This document shows, one piece after another, positions 44,587-53,878 of a DNA stretch of 64,000 nt. The notes beneath the pieces are model-generated. The model searched no databases. It was not told the origin of the DNA and saw only the letters and a program-made list of their open reading frames with translations. Numbering within the stretch: position 1 is the first letter of the stretch; every line of letters begins with the position of its first letter. Source of the stretch: a virus. A program made the translations under genes and the position numbers. Where the stretch lies: IMG/VR virus record IMGVR_UViG_3300037313_000284, positions 1 through 64,000 of that record; one strand, given 5' to 3'.

Positions 44587-46464
44587 TTAACGCGGAACGA
44601 AAGCGCGAGACTGACGACCGAGTCCAGCAGTTAGTGCAGCAACGTCAATGCGGGGCTTTGCCGGAGGAGCAATAGCCGCCGTCTCAGGAGTCGGCGTAGT
44701 CGCCGGTTCAGCAGGAGCAGCAACCACCGGAACCGCGTTAATAAATTCCGCGTTACCGATAAGTTCAGCTTGCGCCGTACGCACTTCGTCGCTCGCATCC
44801 GCCAATTCCGAAGCTTTCTTGAACATGCGTTCAAGCAACGTCGGCATCGAAAGGATCATGCTAGCTTCAACGATAGCCGCCGGTTGACGGACGCCGTTGG
44901 TTTCCAGCACTTGAGCGAGTTCAGCAGCGACCGGGTTAGTAAAGTCCTTACCGAACATACCCTTCGCGATACCAAGCGCCGCCAGTTCAAGGCATTGCTT
45001 AAAGGTATCAGTGAACGAAGCACGTTCAGCAGCGATTTCGCTAGCCGCAGCCGTTTCTTGAGTCGCAACGCGTTCCGCAATAACCGTCGCGACTTTAGTC
45101 GAATGGCGCAGGATAGAGCCACCGAGTTGAGCCAGAGCAGTTTCACGGTTAGCACCGCTAATAGCAGCACGATACGTGTTACGAATTTCGGAGGGCTTAC
45201 CCCAAAGCGTTTGCACGCCAGCAGAAGCACTTTCCTTACGAAGAACCGCTACCGGTGCGTTATCTTGAATAACGTAGTAGGCAGTTTCTCCGACCGGAAC
45301 GATTTCCGCATCAGGGCTAAGTTCCGCCGGGGTAGTAGCCACATACTCAATAACCGTATCGTCGCTAGCGACGACCGTATTATCAGCAGCAGGCACACCA
45401 GCATCTGCCGCAGGCGCGTCTTCAACCGTAACGGTTTCAGCAGCGACCGGGGCTTCTTCCGCAACTTCAGCCGCAGGGGCCTCAGCAGCGGGAGTTTCAA
45501 TAACTTCAGCAGCCGGAGCGTCAGCCGGGGTATCCACGGCATCAGCGACGACAACATCAGTCACATTAGTATCAACGGGGGCGTCAGCCGCAGGAGCGTC
45601 AACCGCCGTATTGTCGGTTTGCGTTTCAGCAGGCGTAGACATATCGCTCGCCCCTTCTTTGTTTTCATCGACCGATTCAGCAGCAGGCGCGTCAGTAATA
45701 ACTTCAGCCGCTTCTTCCTCGGAGGAATCATCCTCATCGTCACCATCTTCTTCCGAATCTTCGTCCTCTTCGGACTCATCTTCGTCTTCTGACGGATCGC
45801 TCTCATCCATATCCATGACTTCTAACGAGTCACCGTCTTCACTATCTTCATCAGCAGCGAAGTCGTCATCTGAAGCCGTAATAACCGCTTCATCCGAAGT
45901 GTGTTCGTCAATAGTCCGCATAGCTAGAGCGACACTAGCGAGAAGCGCACGACGCGCTTGCGTATTGCTCATGTCGTTTTCCTCAAGCGTGTTGGGATCA
46001 ACTGTGTTAAGCTCCCCAAAGTCGAAGAAATTTGCTAACTCCGACCTAGTTTGCTCATTGGTTTTTGTATCGATAGCGATATCCATCGACACGCCCGAGT
46101 TAACATAGCTAACCGGGACGCCACACATAACACAAGCACCGGGATGCTCATCCGTGATGACGTTTGCCGTCACAGTGTCGCAATACAAATCACTAGAGCA
46201 ATTTGCACACTCACCAATCTTAATAAGTGAATCCACTTTTGGTGGAGCAACATCGTTAGGCTCAAGGTTAGAACCATCAACAGGCGAAAGCGCGCCAATG
46301 GAGCCGACCTTGTTTGACACTACAGGGGCGGTTAGCCCAGCGTCATAGGTAGCAGTAATCACACTGGAAGGTTGATGCCCTGCCGGAACAGCGACAATAA
46401 CTGAGGCCGTTTCTTTTAAAGCTAGCAAACTTCCTAGCGGTTTCTGCGTATTGCGAAGGCTCAC
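44587..46464 (-). CDS. prohead scaffold/core protein with N-terminal CxxC motifs and an acidic low-complexity centre
   Basis: CANC and CVMC motifs, D/E and A/P-rich tracts, C-terminal helices; upstream of the decoration and MCP genes; GGAGAG RBS. Confidence 0.65.
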   Translation of the reverse strand: MSLRNTQKPLGSLLALKETASVIVAVPAGHQPSSVITATYDAGLTAPVVSNKVGSIGALSPVDGSNLEPNDVAPPKVDSLIKIGECANCSSDLYCDTVTANVITDEHPGACVMCGVPVSYVNSGVSMDIAIDTKTNEQTRSELANFFDFGELNTVDPNTLEENDMSNTQARRALLASVALAMRTIDEHTSDEAVITASDDDFAADEDSEDGDSLEVMDMDESDPSEDEDESEEDEDSEEDGDDEDDSSEEEAAEVITDAPAAESVDENKEGASDMSTPAETQTDNTAVDAPAADAPVDTNVTDVVVADAVDTPADAPAAEVIETPAAEAPAAEVAEEAPVAAETVTVEDAPAADAGVPAADNTVVASDDTVIEYVATTPAELSPDAEIVPVGETAYYVIQDNAPVAVLRKESASAGVQTLWGKPSEIRNTYRAAISGANRETALAQLGGSILRHSTKVATVIAERVATQETAAASEIAAERASFTDTFKQCLELAALGIAKGMFGKDFTNPVAAELAQVLETNGVRQPAAIVEASMILSMPTLLERMFKKASELADASDEVRTAQAELIGNAEFINAVPVVAAPAEPATTPTPETAAIAPPAKPRIDVAALTAGLGRQSRAFVPR

Positions 46465-46548
46465 ATTAACCTCTCCTACCGCTAGAAACCTGATTGGTTA
46501 TACGTATAGAAATTACTTTAAACGCTTTTGATAACCTTAGCTGTAGGC

Positions 46549-46586
46549 AAAAGAAAAGGCGCTAGGGATTATCCCTAGCGCCTTTT
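46549..46586 (-). terminator. intrinsic terminator, probably bidirectional
   Basis: AAAAGGCGCTAGGGAT-T-ATCCCTAGCGCCTTTT with T tracts on both strands. Confidence 0.85.
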
Positions 46587-46588
46587 TG

Positions 46589-47416
46589 CTATTTAAGTCC
46601 GTAAAGCATGGTGCGTAAGTTATAACCGCCAACACCGCCTTCCAAACGTAGAGAGATTCTTTGGTTAGCCGCGAAGGGATATTCCACTATAAGGTTGTCA
46701 CGAGTGATGATTAACACACCAGACGCGCCGACAAACATTGGAAACTTCGCGATAAGCACTTCAGTGTCAGCAGCCGCACCTTGTGTAGCAACACCGACAT
46801 GCATAACTAGCGCGTCGGCAACTGGAGCCGCCGTGCTATCGGTCGGTAAAATCATTAATGCGTTATAAGTGGTGGATAGGTTATGTACCACAGTCCACGA
46901 ACCACTGCCGCTAGCAACCGCCGGAATATCCGGAAGGTCTGCGCGAGTGTTAGAAGCCGCGCCAGTTAGCGTCGTCATCGTAGTGAAGCCAGGCGGGTCT
47001 TGTGAGTTAGCAACATACCCGTCTAGGAAAGCTTCAATACCAGTTGAGGTAGCGCCGGTGGTCTGCGCCCTCATAACAATCGTCGAGTTAGCAGGAACCG
47101 CTAACGGAACGTCAATAGTTTGATAGCCGCCTAAGTTAAGGAAACCATATAGGTTTAGACAGTGCCACGTTGTTCCGTTATTAAACGAAATATCGAACAA
47201 CGTACGGCTGCTACTAGTGCCAAATAAGTTGACGAAAAGTTTGAACCCGCACCAAGCTTGCGTGTTCGAACCCATCGAGACAGGAGTAACAGTCTTTGAG
47301 CTCGAACCGCCCGTCGCGATCTGTGTTCCACGGGCGTTAGCTAATTGGCCTAAGATTTCACGTGAACGTTGCGGGTTCCTGGGGGCGCTGCCCCCAGGGG
47401 TTATTAAATAACTCAT
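46589..47416 (-). CDS. virion appendage protein with two beta-sandwich domains
   Basis: Beta-rich with an internal duplication (PLAVPANSTIVMR / YPFAANQRISLR); TAATG-coupled to the upstream anchor-family gene. Confidence 0.55.
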   Translation of the reverse strand: MSYLITPGGSAPRNPQRSREILGQLANARGTQIATGGSSSKTVTPVSMGSNTQAWCGFKLFVNLFGTSSSRTLFDISFNNGTTWHCLNLYGFLNLGGYQTIDVPLAVPANSTIVMRAQTTGATSTGIEAFLDGYVANSQDPPGFTTMTTLTGAASNTRADLPDIPAVASGSGSWTVVHNLSTTYNALMILPTDSTAAPVADALVMHVGVATQGAAADTEVLIAKFPMFVGASGVLIITRDNLIVEYPFAANQRISLRLEGGVGGYNLRTMLYGLK

Positions 47417-47925
47417 TACGCCACCCGATAAGTTAGGCGTCCATGGATTTGACCCGCCAACGAAGCCTTCAACACGAAGCTTTTACTAAGTTGCGACGTG
47501 TAATAGGCCGGTGAGTCTTCAAACGCCAGAACGATACCGCCACCAGCAGCTAACGGAATCGTTTCTAAGACGGCAGGTGAACCTTCCGCCGTTGTAGCAT
47601 CCATCACATCAATAGTAATCACGCTAGCGCTCGTATTATAGAGACGCAGACGTGGAACATGAATGATCTTACCCGCTTGTGCAGGCACAATGGCTTGTTC
47701 AGCGGTGCTGTTGAAGTTAATACGGCTACCGAAATAAGTGAAAGCTGTTACGCCGCCGCCTCCCGTACCGTTTTCGGTTATCGTGATATGCTGATCTTGA
47801 ATCCACTGTGCCAGCTTACCCACATCGTAGGCGTCAGGCATCGTGATAGCTTCGCCAGGAGCCAACCTAAGATCGGGCGGAATGCGCAGCGCGTAGGCGC
47901 GTAAGTTAGTAATGGTATAAGACAT
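47416..47925 (-). CDS. anchor-family virion protein
   Basis: N-terminus MSYTITN...LAPGE.ITMP, poly-Gly linker, beta-sandwich. Confidence 0.6.
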   Translation of the reverse strand: MSYTITNLRAYALRIPPDLRLAPGEAITMPDAYDVGKLAQWIQDQHITITENGTGGGGVTAFTYFGSRINFNSTAEQAIVPAQAGKIIHVPRLRLYNTSASVITIDVMDATTAEGSPAVLETIPLAAGGGIVLAFEDSPAYYTSQLSKSFVLKASLAGQIHGRLTYRVA

Positions 47926-47938
47926 TTGTCCGCCTTCC

Positions 47939-49111
47939 TTACGTCGTGGTCTTTAGATTAATACCGGTAAGTTGGCCGGTATTGGCGATTTTACGTCGCC
48001 ACCGCAGTGGAATGTCTTTGGTCGTACCGGCAGGAGCACCGACCGTAACGATTTGCAGCGTTGCGGCTTGAGCCTTAGTTAATACGACTGACTGACCTTT
48101 AGTCACATTGACGTAAGGAGTACCAACGTCAAAGGCGATATCTACAGGGTTGTCATGTCCACCGTTATTAGTAAACGATAGCGTATGCTTGTCCTGTTCC
48201 GTAGGCGTGAAGGTGACCACCACGCCATTAGAGTTTTCCACCATAGTAACGGTGGCAGAAGGTGAGAACGAACCCGCAAACGTACTAGCCACAGTCACGG
48301 TAAACGGTGAGAACACAATACCGTTAGGGCTTAGCAGTATGTCAATCGGCGAACCGACTGGATGCGGCCCTGGAGTTAATACTTGCGCTGTTAGCGTAAG
48401 TTTCGGAGGCCACTGGTTAGTGTCAGCGTCAGTGACGTTAGCTCCACCGGAGTTCTTAGCCCACGCTTGACCGGAACCCCGATTGGGGTTGCCGGTGTTC
48501 CAAGTCGTAGCCTTTCCTAATAGGAAAACAGGTGGCGTGACACTGAATGGACGTTCGGCGTTGAGTCCAATATATTCTGCCCGGAATTTATCTAAGTTCG
48601 TAGGATCACTAAGATTAGTCCATTGGCCCGGCCACAGGATAAGCGTACCAAATACTAACGATTGCGGGTTTGGCGTGTTAGCAGAACCCATGAACTGTTG
48701 TGTGGTAGTAACACTCGCCCAATTCGCCGACGCGTTTTGGGTATAGGTACCTTGCACAAATCCAACCGCAGGCACGTAGTCGATATACAACTGCATGCCT
48801 TGCGCCGAAGGTAACGAGGAGTCAACCACCAGAAGATAAGTGTGGTTGACTCCGTTCATTAATCCGGTAGGTGTGTCCATCCGGCCGCAGAAGGTATTGA
48901 ACCTAATGCGGCCGGTGTTTAGCACTTGGATACTACAAATAGCAGAACCCGCCGAAGCTCCCATCAAGTTATAAGTGGCCGACGGAACCGATGGGATAGC
49001 TAAGTCTAATAAGTACACGGCTTTAGTGCTAGTCAGGTTTTGGATGCCGCCCGTAGTGGATTGCGTCCATAGCTGACTAGCGTTGGTTTGAATATGAGGA
49101 AACTTACTCAT
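47939..49111 (-). CDS. LamG/ConA-like lectin-domain appendage protein
   Basis: GRIRF...NG.NH..LLVVD...LYID pattern; paralog of the C-terminal part of 49108..52485. Confidence 0.6.
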   Translation of the reverse strand: MSKFPHIQTNASQLWTQSTTGGIQNLTSTKAVYLLDLAIPSVPSATYNLMGASAGSAICSIQVLNTGRIRFNTFCGRMDTPTGLMNGVNHTYLLVVDSSLPSAQGMQLYIDYVPAVGFVQGTYTQNASANWASVTTTQQFMGSANTPNPQSLVFGTLILWPGQWTNLSDPTNLDKFRAEYIGLNAERPFSVTPPVFLLGKATTWNTGNPNRGSGQAWAKNSGGANVTDADTNQWPPKLTLTAQVLTPGPHPVGSPIDILLSPNGIVFSPFTVTVASTFAGSFSPSATVTMVENSNGVVVTFTPTEQDKHTLSFTNNGGHDNPVDIAFDVGTPYVNVTKGQSVVLTKAQAATLQIVTVGAPAGTTKDIPLRWRRKIANTGQLTGINLKTTT

Positions 49112-52100
49112 GGCTGTTCGAACCTAACCGTGTACGGCGCGTCTGCCGGAACGTTAATAGTGATAAGATTGCCGGTCGGGCAAGTGCTGAGGTCTAGGTT
49201 TAGGTTAGTCTTCGCCGTTAGCGGCAGCGCCTTAGTCACCGGCTTGAACGAGTTGACCGGGTTAATATTGTACCCGCTACCCGAACCATCCGTTGCACGA
49301 ACCTGAATGTCAGGTAAGTCAACGTCCAGATTTTGCGCCGCAGCGATAACGCGAAGCGATTCAGCACGAGAACGCGTAATCGTTACCGTCGATCCGGCAG
49401 GAATATCAACGTAGTTATCAATCGCCGTAAACGACAGACCCGTTGGGTTGAAATATCCACCAGTATTAGTAATCGAAATGTTGTGAACGCCGGGGGCAGT
49501 GGGAGTAAAGCGAAGCACCACACCGTCACGCCCAACGGGCATTGGCGCGGGATTAACTTCCCAAAATCCTGCCTTATCACTTACCGGTATTACGTCTAAC
49601 GATTTCGACGTGCCGATAGGTTGCACAAGGATTTCTACGGGCTGGTACCCGTAGTGAACACCTTGCGTTAGTTTCTCCATCGACATGTATAGGTTAGGCG
49701 GCCAAACACTAGTATTACCTGTCGCATTGGTGAAGGGGTTAGTACCACCTTTGATCCAATTGTTAGGCGACGTCGTACCACGTTGTGCGATGCTGTTATT
49801 AAAGTCAGCAGCAGCACCAGTAATAAAGATCGGAGCGGGTTCACCGAACGGACCTTCGCCGCGAGGGCCAAGGTTAGCTGCACGGAACAAGTCAATGTTC
49901 TCTTGCACGTCCAGATCAATCCACTTGCCGGGCCACAGAGCGTAAAGACCGATACCGCCAACAAACTTATCACCCGTACCACCACCAATAGTTTGCGGCG
50001 GACAGATAGTAAGCGTTCCAGCGACGTCGACATTAGTCCAGTCGGCGATTTCGTCTGGCCTCCAAGTAGACCCGGTAAAATCGGGGTCCACGCGCTGGAA
50101 GTCCACGGCGAGGCGAACACCTAACGCGTTAGTAGGCTGAGACGTATCGATAGTTATCAGAATGTGGTGCGGTTGACCATCCAAGACGTTTAGTACGTCC
50201 ATACGCGTACCGGGAGCGTAGAAACGAAGCTTACCGGTAGATGTAACCGTGCAGTTGAATTGGTGGCTACTAGAACTCGCGCCGCCCGTAATGCGGACGT
50301 CTTTGGTACCGTTTAGCGCGACAGTCGAAGAGACCACCATTGCAATGGTTAGTAACTTCGATTGAACGCCGGGGGCGAGACCGCCTGAAACGTTTTGCGC
50401 TAGGTAGTTAGTGCCGTCGAAGTTAACCAGCGGGAAGCCGATAGGGTCAATCGTCGTGGCTTTCCACGAGAAACTATCAGAGCCAACCGTAACTGTGACA
50501 AGCTTAGAAGTAGCCGGAGTAACTGCGGTGGTCGTACGCAATTGGATAAAATTGCCGTGCGTAACGTTCCCCGGAGCCGAAGTCCAATCTTGTAAGATCG
50601 TGGTCCCGTTCTTATCACTGGAAAGACGATACTCGCCGCCGGTGATACTAATCGACCGAGTCTGCCTGCCGCAGTTCACGAAGTGGAAATCACTTCGTTG
50701 ATCAGCGGTATTAACAGGTAGACCAACCTTGTGCGCGAAACCAACGAACGCCGGTAATTCGGAATACGGCTTAACGGTACCAGACCAACGCGCGAGGAAC
50801 GTAGACAACGTGTCGCCGAAACGCACCGGCCCGTAATTGGCGTACTGCGCTTTGGGGACGAAGGTTTCTACTAACTTGGCAGGAGTATCCACCAAGTTCC
50901 AGTCAGCAGGCGTGTTATAAACCTGCGAATACGCGTCAAGCGTCTGCGGAGTTCCGGTGAGCACCTGAATGTTCGGGGCGGTGTTAGCGTCTAGCGACTT
51001 GCCGCTAGAGACTGATTCCGCGATATTGTAACCAGCATAGCTACGACCTGGGTAGAACGGGTCGGAGGTTACGCTAATCCGAGAACCGGAAACGTTGGCG
51101 GCGGTGACACCCGTAATAGGGTTAGTAACTTGCTCGTTGTCTTTGGCAACGTTGGAAATGGGGTTGGCTAAGAACGCGTTACGGAAAATAACGCACCCAG
51201 CCGCTCCGGTGTAACCATCGTTGGAAATAATACAAGCCGTACTAGACACGCGACTTAAAGCTAGGTTGTCGGCGATAATAACACCAAGGTGAGGTGCGCC
51301 GGGCGGAACGTCCGATAGGAAGAAACGCTGATGCTGACCGCGCGCGTTAGGTTGCATGCCAGTAATATTACCAGCGATGATCAGGTTTTCGATGGGCGTA
51401 GTCGAGTCGGTTGGGCCAGGGGTGATTTGTTCAGCTTTAGTAATCGTAGCCGTGGCAACCGTAGCGCCTGAACTGTTAAGGAACGTAGCCGCACTTGCCG
51501 TCGGGACGTTGCTAGGAGCAATAAGCACGTATGCTTGGCCGGGTCCGACAACGTAGATATTAGCTCCGTTAGCCTTACCAGTAGAGTCAGTGTAGCCAAC
51601 AACACCATTCGACGTGGGGATAGTACCGGTGACGCCTGACAGCCAGAGTTTATAACCGCCAACGTCGCGGCTGAAAATCTGCACGCAGTCGCCGTGTGGG
51701 TTGAAGTAGTCTTGTGGCTGAGCGAACGAATCCCAAAAGATATTACCAGTGATTTCGATTAACGGCACACGTGGGAAAGCCCCACCGTTAAAGCCGAACG
51801 AAATGAAATCCTGGTAGAAACGCTGCATGATATTCTTGCGGAAAACGATATTAGCGTTACCGTTGTGCGAGAATTTAATACAGTCGCCGCCGTCTTCGAA
51901 CAGGCAGTTTTCCACCCACATAGAGCCAGTAATAGAACCGGCTAGCGCTTCCGCCGTCGACATACAGCCGATCATGCGCGGATAACAACCGAAACCTCTG
52001 TGATAAGGCTCTTGTCCGCCAGCCCCGTCGGAACGATAGCCTTCAATTACCGGCTGTTGATTAGTAGCGGTATTACCGACGTAGGTGCGGTACTTGGTAG

Positions 52101-52485
52101 CGTCCGTCACGTCGATAGGTGCGTAGTTGTCTTCGTAAAGACCGCCACGAGCATGGACGTTATTAATGATCAAGCCGTCAGTGTTGTACTGCAACGAGAT
52201 CAGGTCGCCCTTACGACGAGACGAATACTGCGCGTAAGGCTGCGGGTTACCAACCATCTGGATTTTGAAACCATCCAGTGTGATGTTAGTAGAAGCGCCA
52301 ACCCAGATACGCGGAATCTTCGGCAACCGAGGGGTTTGGCCGAAGATAGTAATGTTGTTTTTGCTAGGGACGGTTAACAAAGTGTCGAAGACCCCATCGT
52401 CTAACAGACGAATGGAATCCCCGCTCACCGATTCATTAATCCGCTGTTGGAATTCAGCAGAAGTACCCGCATTTCTAACAGTCAT
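49108..52485 (-). CDS. large appendage protein: right-handed beta-helix (lyase/depolymerase-like), LamG-like and Ig-like domains
   Basis: GDSIRL..G.F, NITI.G, NITLDGF, VENCLF, ITGNIF and PHGDCVQ beta-helix signatures. Confidence 0.7.
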   Translation of the reverse strand: MTVRNAGTSAEFQQRINESVSGDSIRLLDDGVFDTLLTVPSKNNITIFGQTPRLPKIPRIWVGASTNITLDGFKIQMVGNPQPYAQYSSRRKGDLISLQYNTDGLIINNVHARGGLYEDNYAPIDVTDATKYRTYVGNTATNQQPVIEGYRSDGAGGQEPYHRGFGCYPRMIGCMSTAEALAGSITGSMWVENCLFEDGGDCIKFSHNGNANIVFRKNIMQRFYQDFISFGFNGGAFPRVPLIEITGNIFWDSFAQPQDYFNPHGDCVQIFSRDVGGYKLWLSGVTGTIPTSNGVVGYTDSTGKANGANIYVVGPGQAYVLIAPSNVPTASAATFLNSSGATVATATITKAEQITPGPTDSTTPIENLIIAGNITGMQPNARGQHQRFFLSDVPPGAPHLGVIIADNLALSRVSSTACIISNDGYTGAAGCVIFRNAFLANPISNVAKDNEQVTNPITGVTAANVSGSRISVTSDPFYPGRSYAGYNIAESVSSGKSLDANTAPNIQVLTGTPQTLDAYSQVYNTPADWNLVDTPAKLVETFVPKAQYANYGPVRFGDTLSTFLARWSGTVKPYSELPAFVGFAHKVGLPVNTADQRSDFHFVNCGRQTRSISITGGEYRLSSDKNGTTILQDWTSAPGNVTHGNFIQLRTTTAVTPATSKLVTVTVGSDSFSWKATTIDPIGFPLVNFDGTNYLAQNVSGGLAPGVQSKLLTIAMVVSSTVALNGTKDVRITGGASSSSHQFNCTVTSTGKLRFYAPGTRMDVLNVLDGQPHHILITIDTSQPTNALGVRLAVDFQRVDPDFTGSTWRPDEIADWTNVDVAGTLTICPPQTIGGGTGDKFVGGIGLYALWPGKWIDLDVQENIDLFRAANLGPRGEGPFGEPAPIFITGAAADFNNSIAQRGTTSPNNWIKGGTNPFTNATGNTSVWPPNLYMSMEKLTQGVHYGYQPVEILVQPIGTSKSLDVIPVSDKAGFWEVNPAPMPVGRDGVVLRFTPTAPGVHNISITNTGGYFNPTGLSFTAIDNYVDIPAGSTVTITRSRAESLRVIAAAQNLDVDLPDIQVRATDGSGSGYNINPVNSFKPVTKALPLTAKTNLNLDLSTCPTGNLITINVPADAPYTVRFEQP

Positions 52486-53357
52486 TGGATATACCTCACT
52501 GTCAGCGGGAAGCCCGCCGGGACAGTTACTTGCACTGTGTCGGTAAGATTATCGAAAGCGAACGATAGATCGTTCGCACTATCGTTGATGACCGGCGCAT
52601 CAATGGTCTGCACAGTAGGCACAACTACGTCGGGGATAATATCAAACCTGATGCGAAGCGACTTAATAATCGTTCCTTCAGTCCAATAAACTATCATGCT
52701 GCCAACGTCATCGCCGGGAGCGTCGCTAGCAGTCACCGCCGCAAGGCTAGCGGCTTGCGCCTGAGAAAGCACTGCGGATTGACCTGGATTAATCGTGCTA
52801 GAGTTGGAAGTCACTAACAACGAAACTGTGCTGCTGGCGTCAACCGAAACTGTTACTGCTGGATTGCCGCTTTGAATAGCAGTTAGTAAACTCGATAATG
52901 CGGCCTGCCCGGTTTGCGCCAAAGTAGTTTCCACTGACGCTACCGAAAGGGTACGAACGTTAACTCCGTTCAGTGATCCACTTTCCCCAATACTAGCGCG
53001 CCAACGAAACTGCACAGTGCGGTCATCGTTCGGCGGAGCCGCCGAAGACTTAATCCGTAGTGTCGCAGCTTGGACTTTAGTGATTTGGGTTTGCAGACCC
53101 GGCAAGAGCGCTACGTAGCTAGCACCTGACAGATATTCAATATCGTAGTACGGCGTACCATTCGGCAGCGTAACTGTAACCTTATTATTAGTAGGAACAG
53201 AAGTCAGGTCCAAGTTTAGCGGAATAACAGCTACGTCCGCCACCTGCACCAGCATGTTCGTAATGACACCCGGAGGAATCGGCACAGACTGCCTCTTCGC
53301 CGTAGTGATGAACTTGTTATTAGTGCCAGCATTGCCAACACCACCAAGCAGTGACAT
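52482..53357 (-). CDS. repeat-domain appendage/adaptor protein
   Basis: About 2.5 copies of a beta module that also occurs at the ends of the two downstream genes. Confidence 0.6.
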   Translation of the reverse strand: MSLLGGVGNAGTNNKFITTAKRQSVPIPPGVITNMLVQVADVAVIPLNLDLTSVPTNNKVTVTLPNGTPYYDIEYLSGASYVALLPGLQTQITKVQAATLRIKSSAAPPNDDRTVQFRWRASIGESGSLNGVNVRTLSVASVETTLAQTGQAALSSLLTAIQSGNPAVTVSVDASSTVSLLVTSNSSTINPGQSAVLSQAQAASLAAVTASDAPGDDVGSMIVYWTEGTIIKSLRIRFDIIPDVVVPTVQTIDAPVINDSANDLSFAFDNLTDTVQVTVPAGFPLTVRYIQ

Positions 53358-53374
53358 AGCTATATCCTTAAATA

Positions 53375-53821
53375 CTAACCTGTAATCGTCGGGACGATGA
53401 ACAGCTTTCCGTTTTCCGACATTTGGACGTAGCCTAGTTTTTGTCCGGGCACGATTTGCAAATGCATCTTCTCGCCACCTAGTAACGGAATGCAGCCCGC
53501 CACCGCGCCGATACCCGTGGCAGTATCCGGGTCCGCTTGGATAGTAATAAACATATCCTTAGTAGCGCAGACCAAAATTTCACGCGAAGTCAAGGCGGGA
53601 GTCTTTTGCGGCGTATCAGTAACGTCTAACGCAAAGCAATTGGCGGGCGTGAAGTTGTATTGACGGGTCGTAGCATCAAACGAACTAACTTCAACCAACC
53701 CTTGAGTAACGGCGTCATTAAGTTCTACCGGAAGGATGGGGAAAAGCCGCGTTTCATGCGGACCCATAACGAACGTGCCACTACCAATCGTGGTGTCAGT
53801 TCTGTTCCAAACAACGTACAT
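53375..53821 (-). CDS. anchor-family virion protein
   Basis: Full-length paralog of 54463..54897 (GEKMHLQIVPG / GERFHLQITPG). Confidence 0.65.
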   Translation of the reverse strand: MYVVWNRTDTTIGSGTFVMGPHETRLFPILPVELNDAVTQGLVEVSSFDATTRQYNFTPANCFALDVTDTPQKTPALTSREILVCATKDMFITIQADPDTATGIGAVAGCIPLLGGEKMHLQIVPGQKLGYVQMSENGKLFIVPTITG

Positions 53822-53844
53822 GTTATTAACCTCTTAAACGTGTT

Positions 53845-53875
53845 AAAACAGCGTAGTGTCAGACACTACGCTGTT
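53845..53875 (-). terminator. intrinsic terminator / perfect inverted repeat
   Basis: AACAGCGTAGTGTC-A-GACACTACGCTGTT; TTTT tail on the minus strand. Confidence 0.7.
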
Positions 53876-53878
53876 GTT

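Noticed and set aside
42719-45792. Long + strand ORFs (42719..43786, 43787..44560, 44770..45792) and 39471..40088
   Set aside because: They are antisense shadows of the capsid, decoration, scaffold and sheath genes, explained by strong codon bias. They have no RBS or recognisable motifs.
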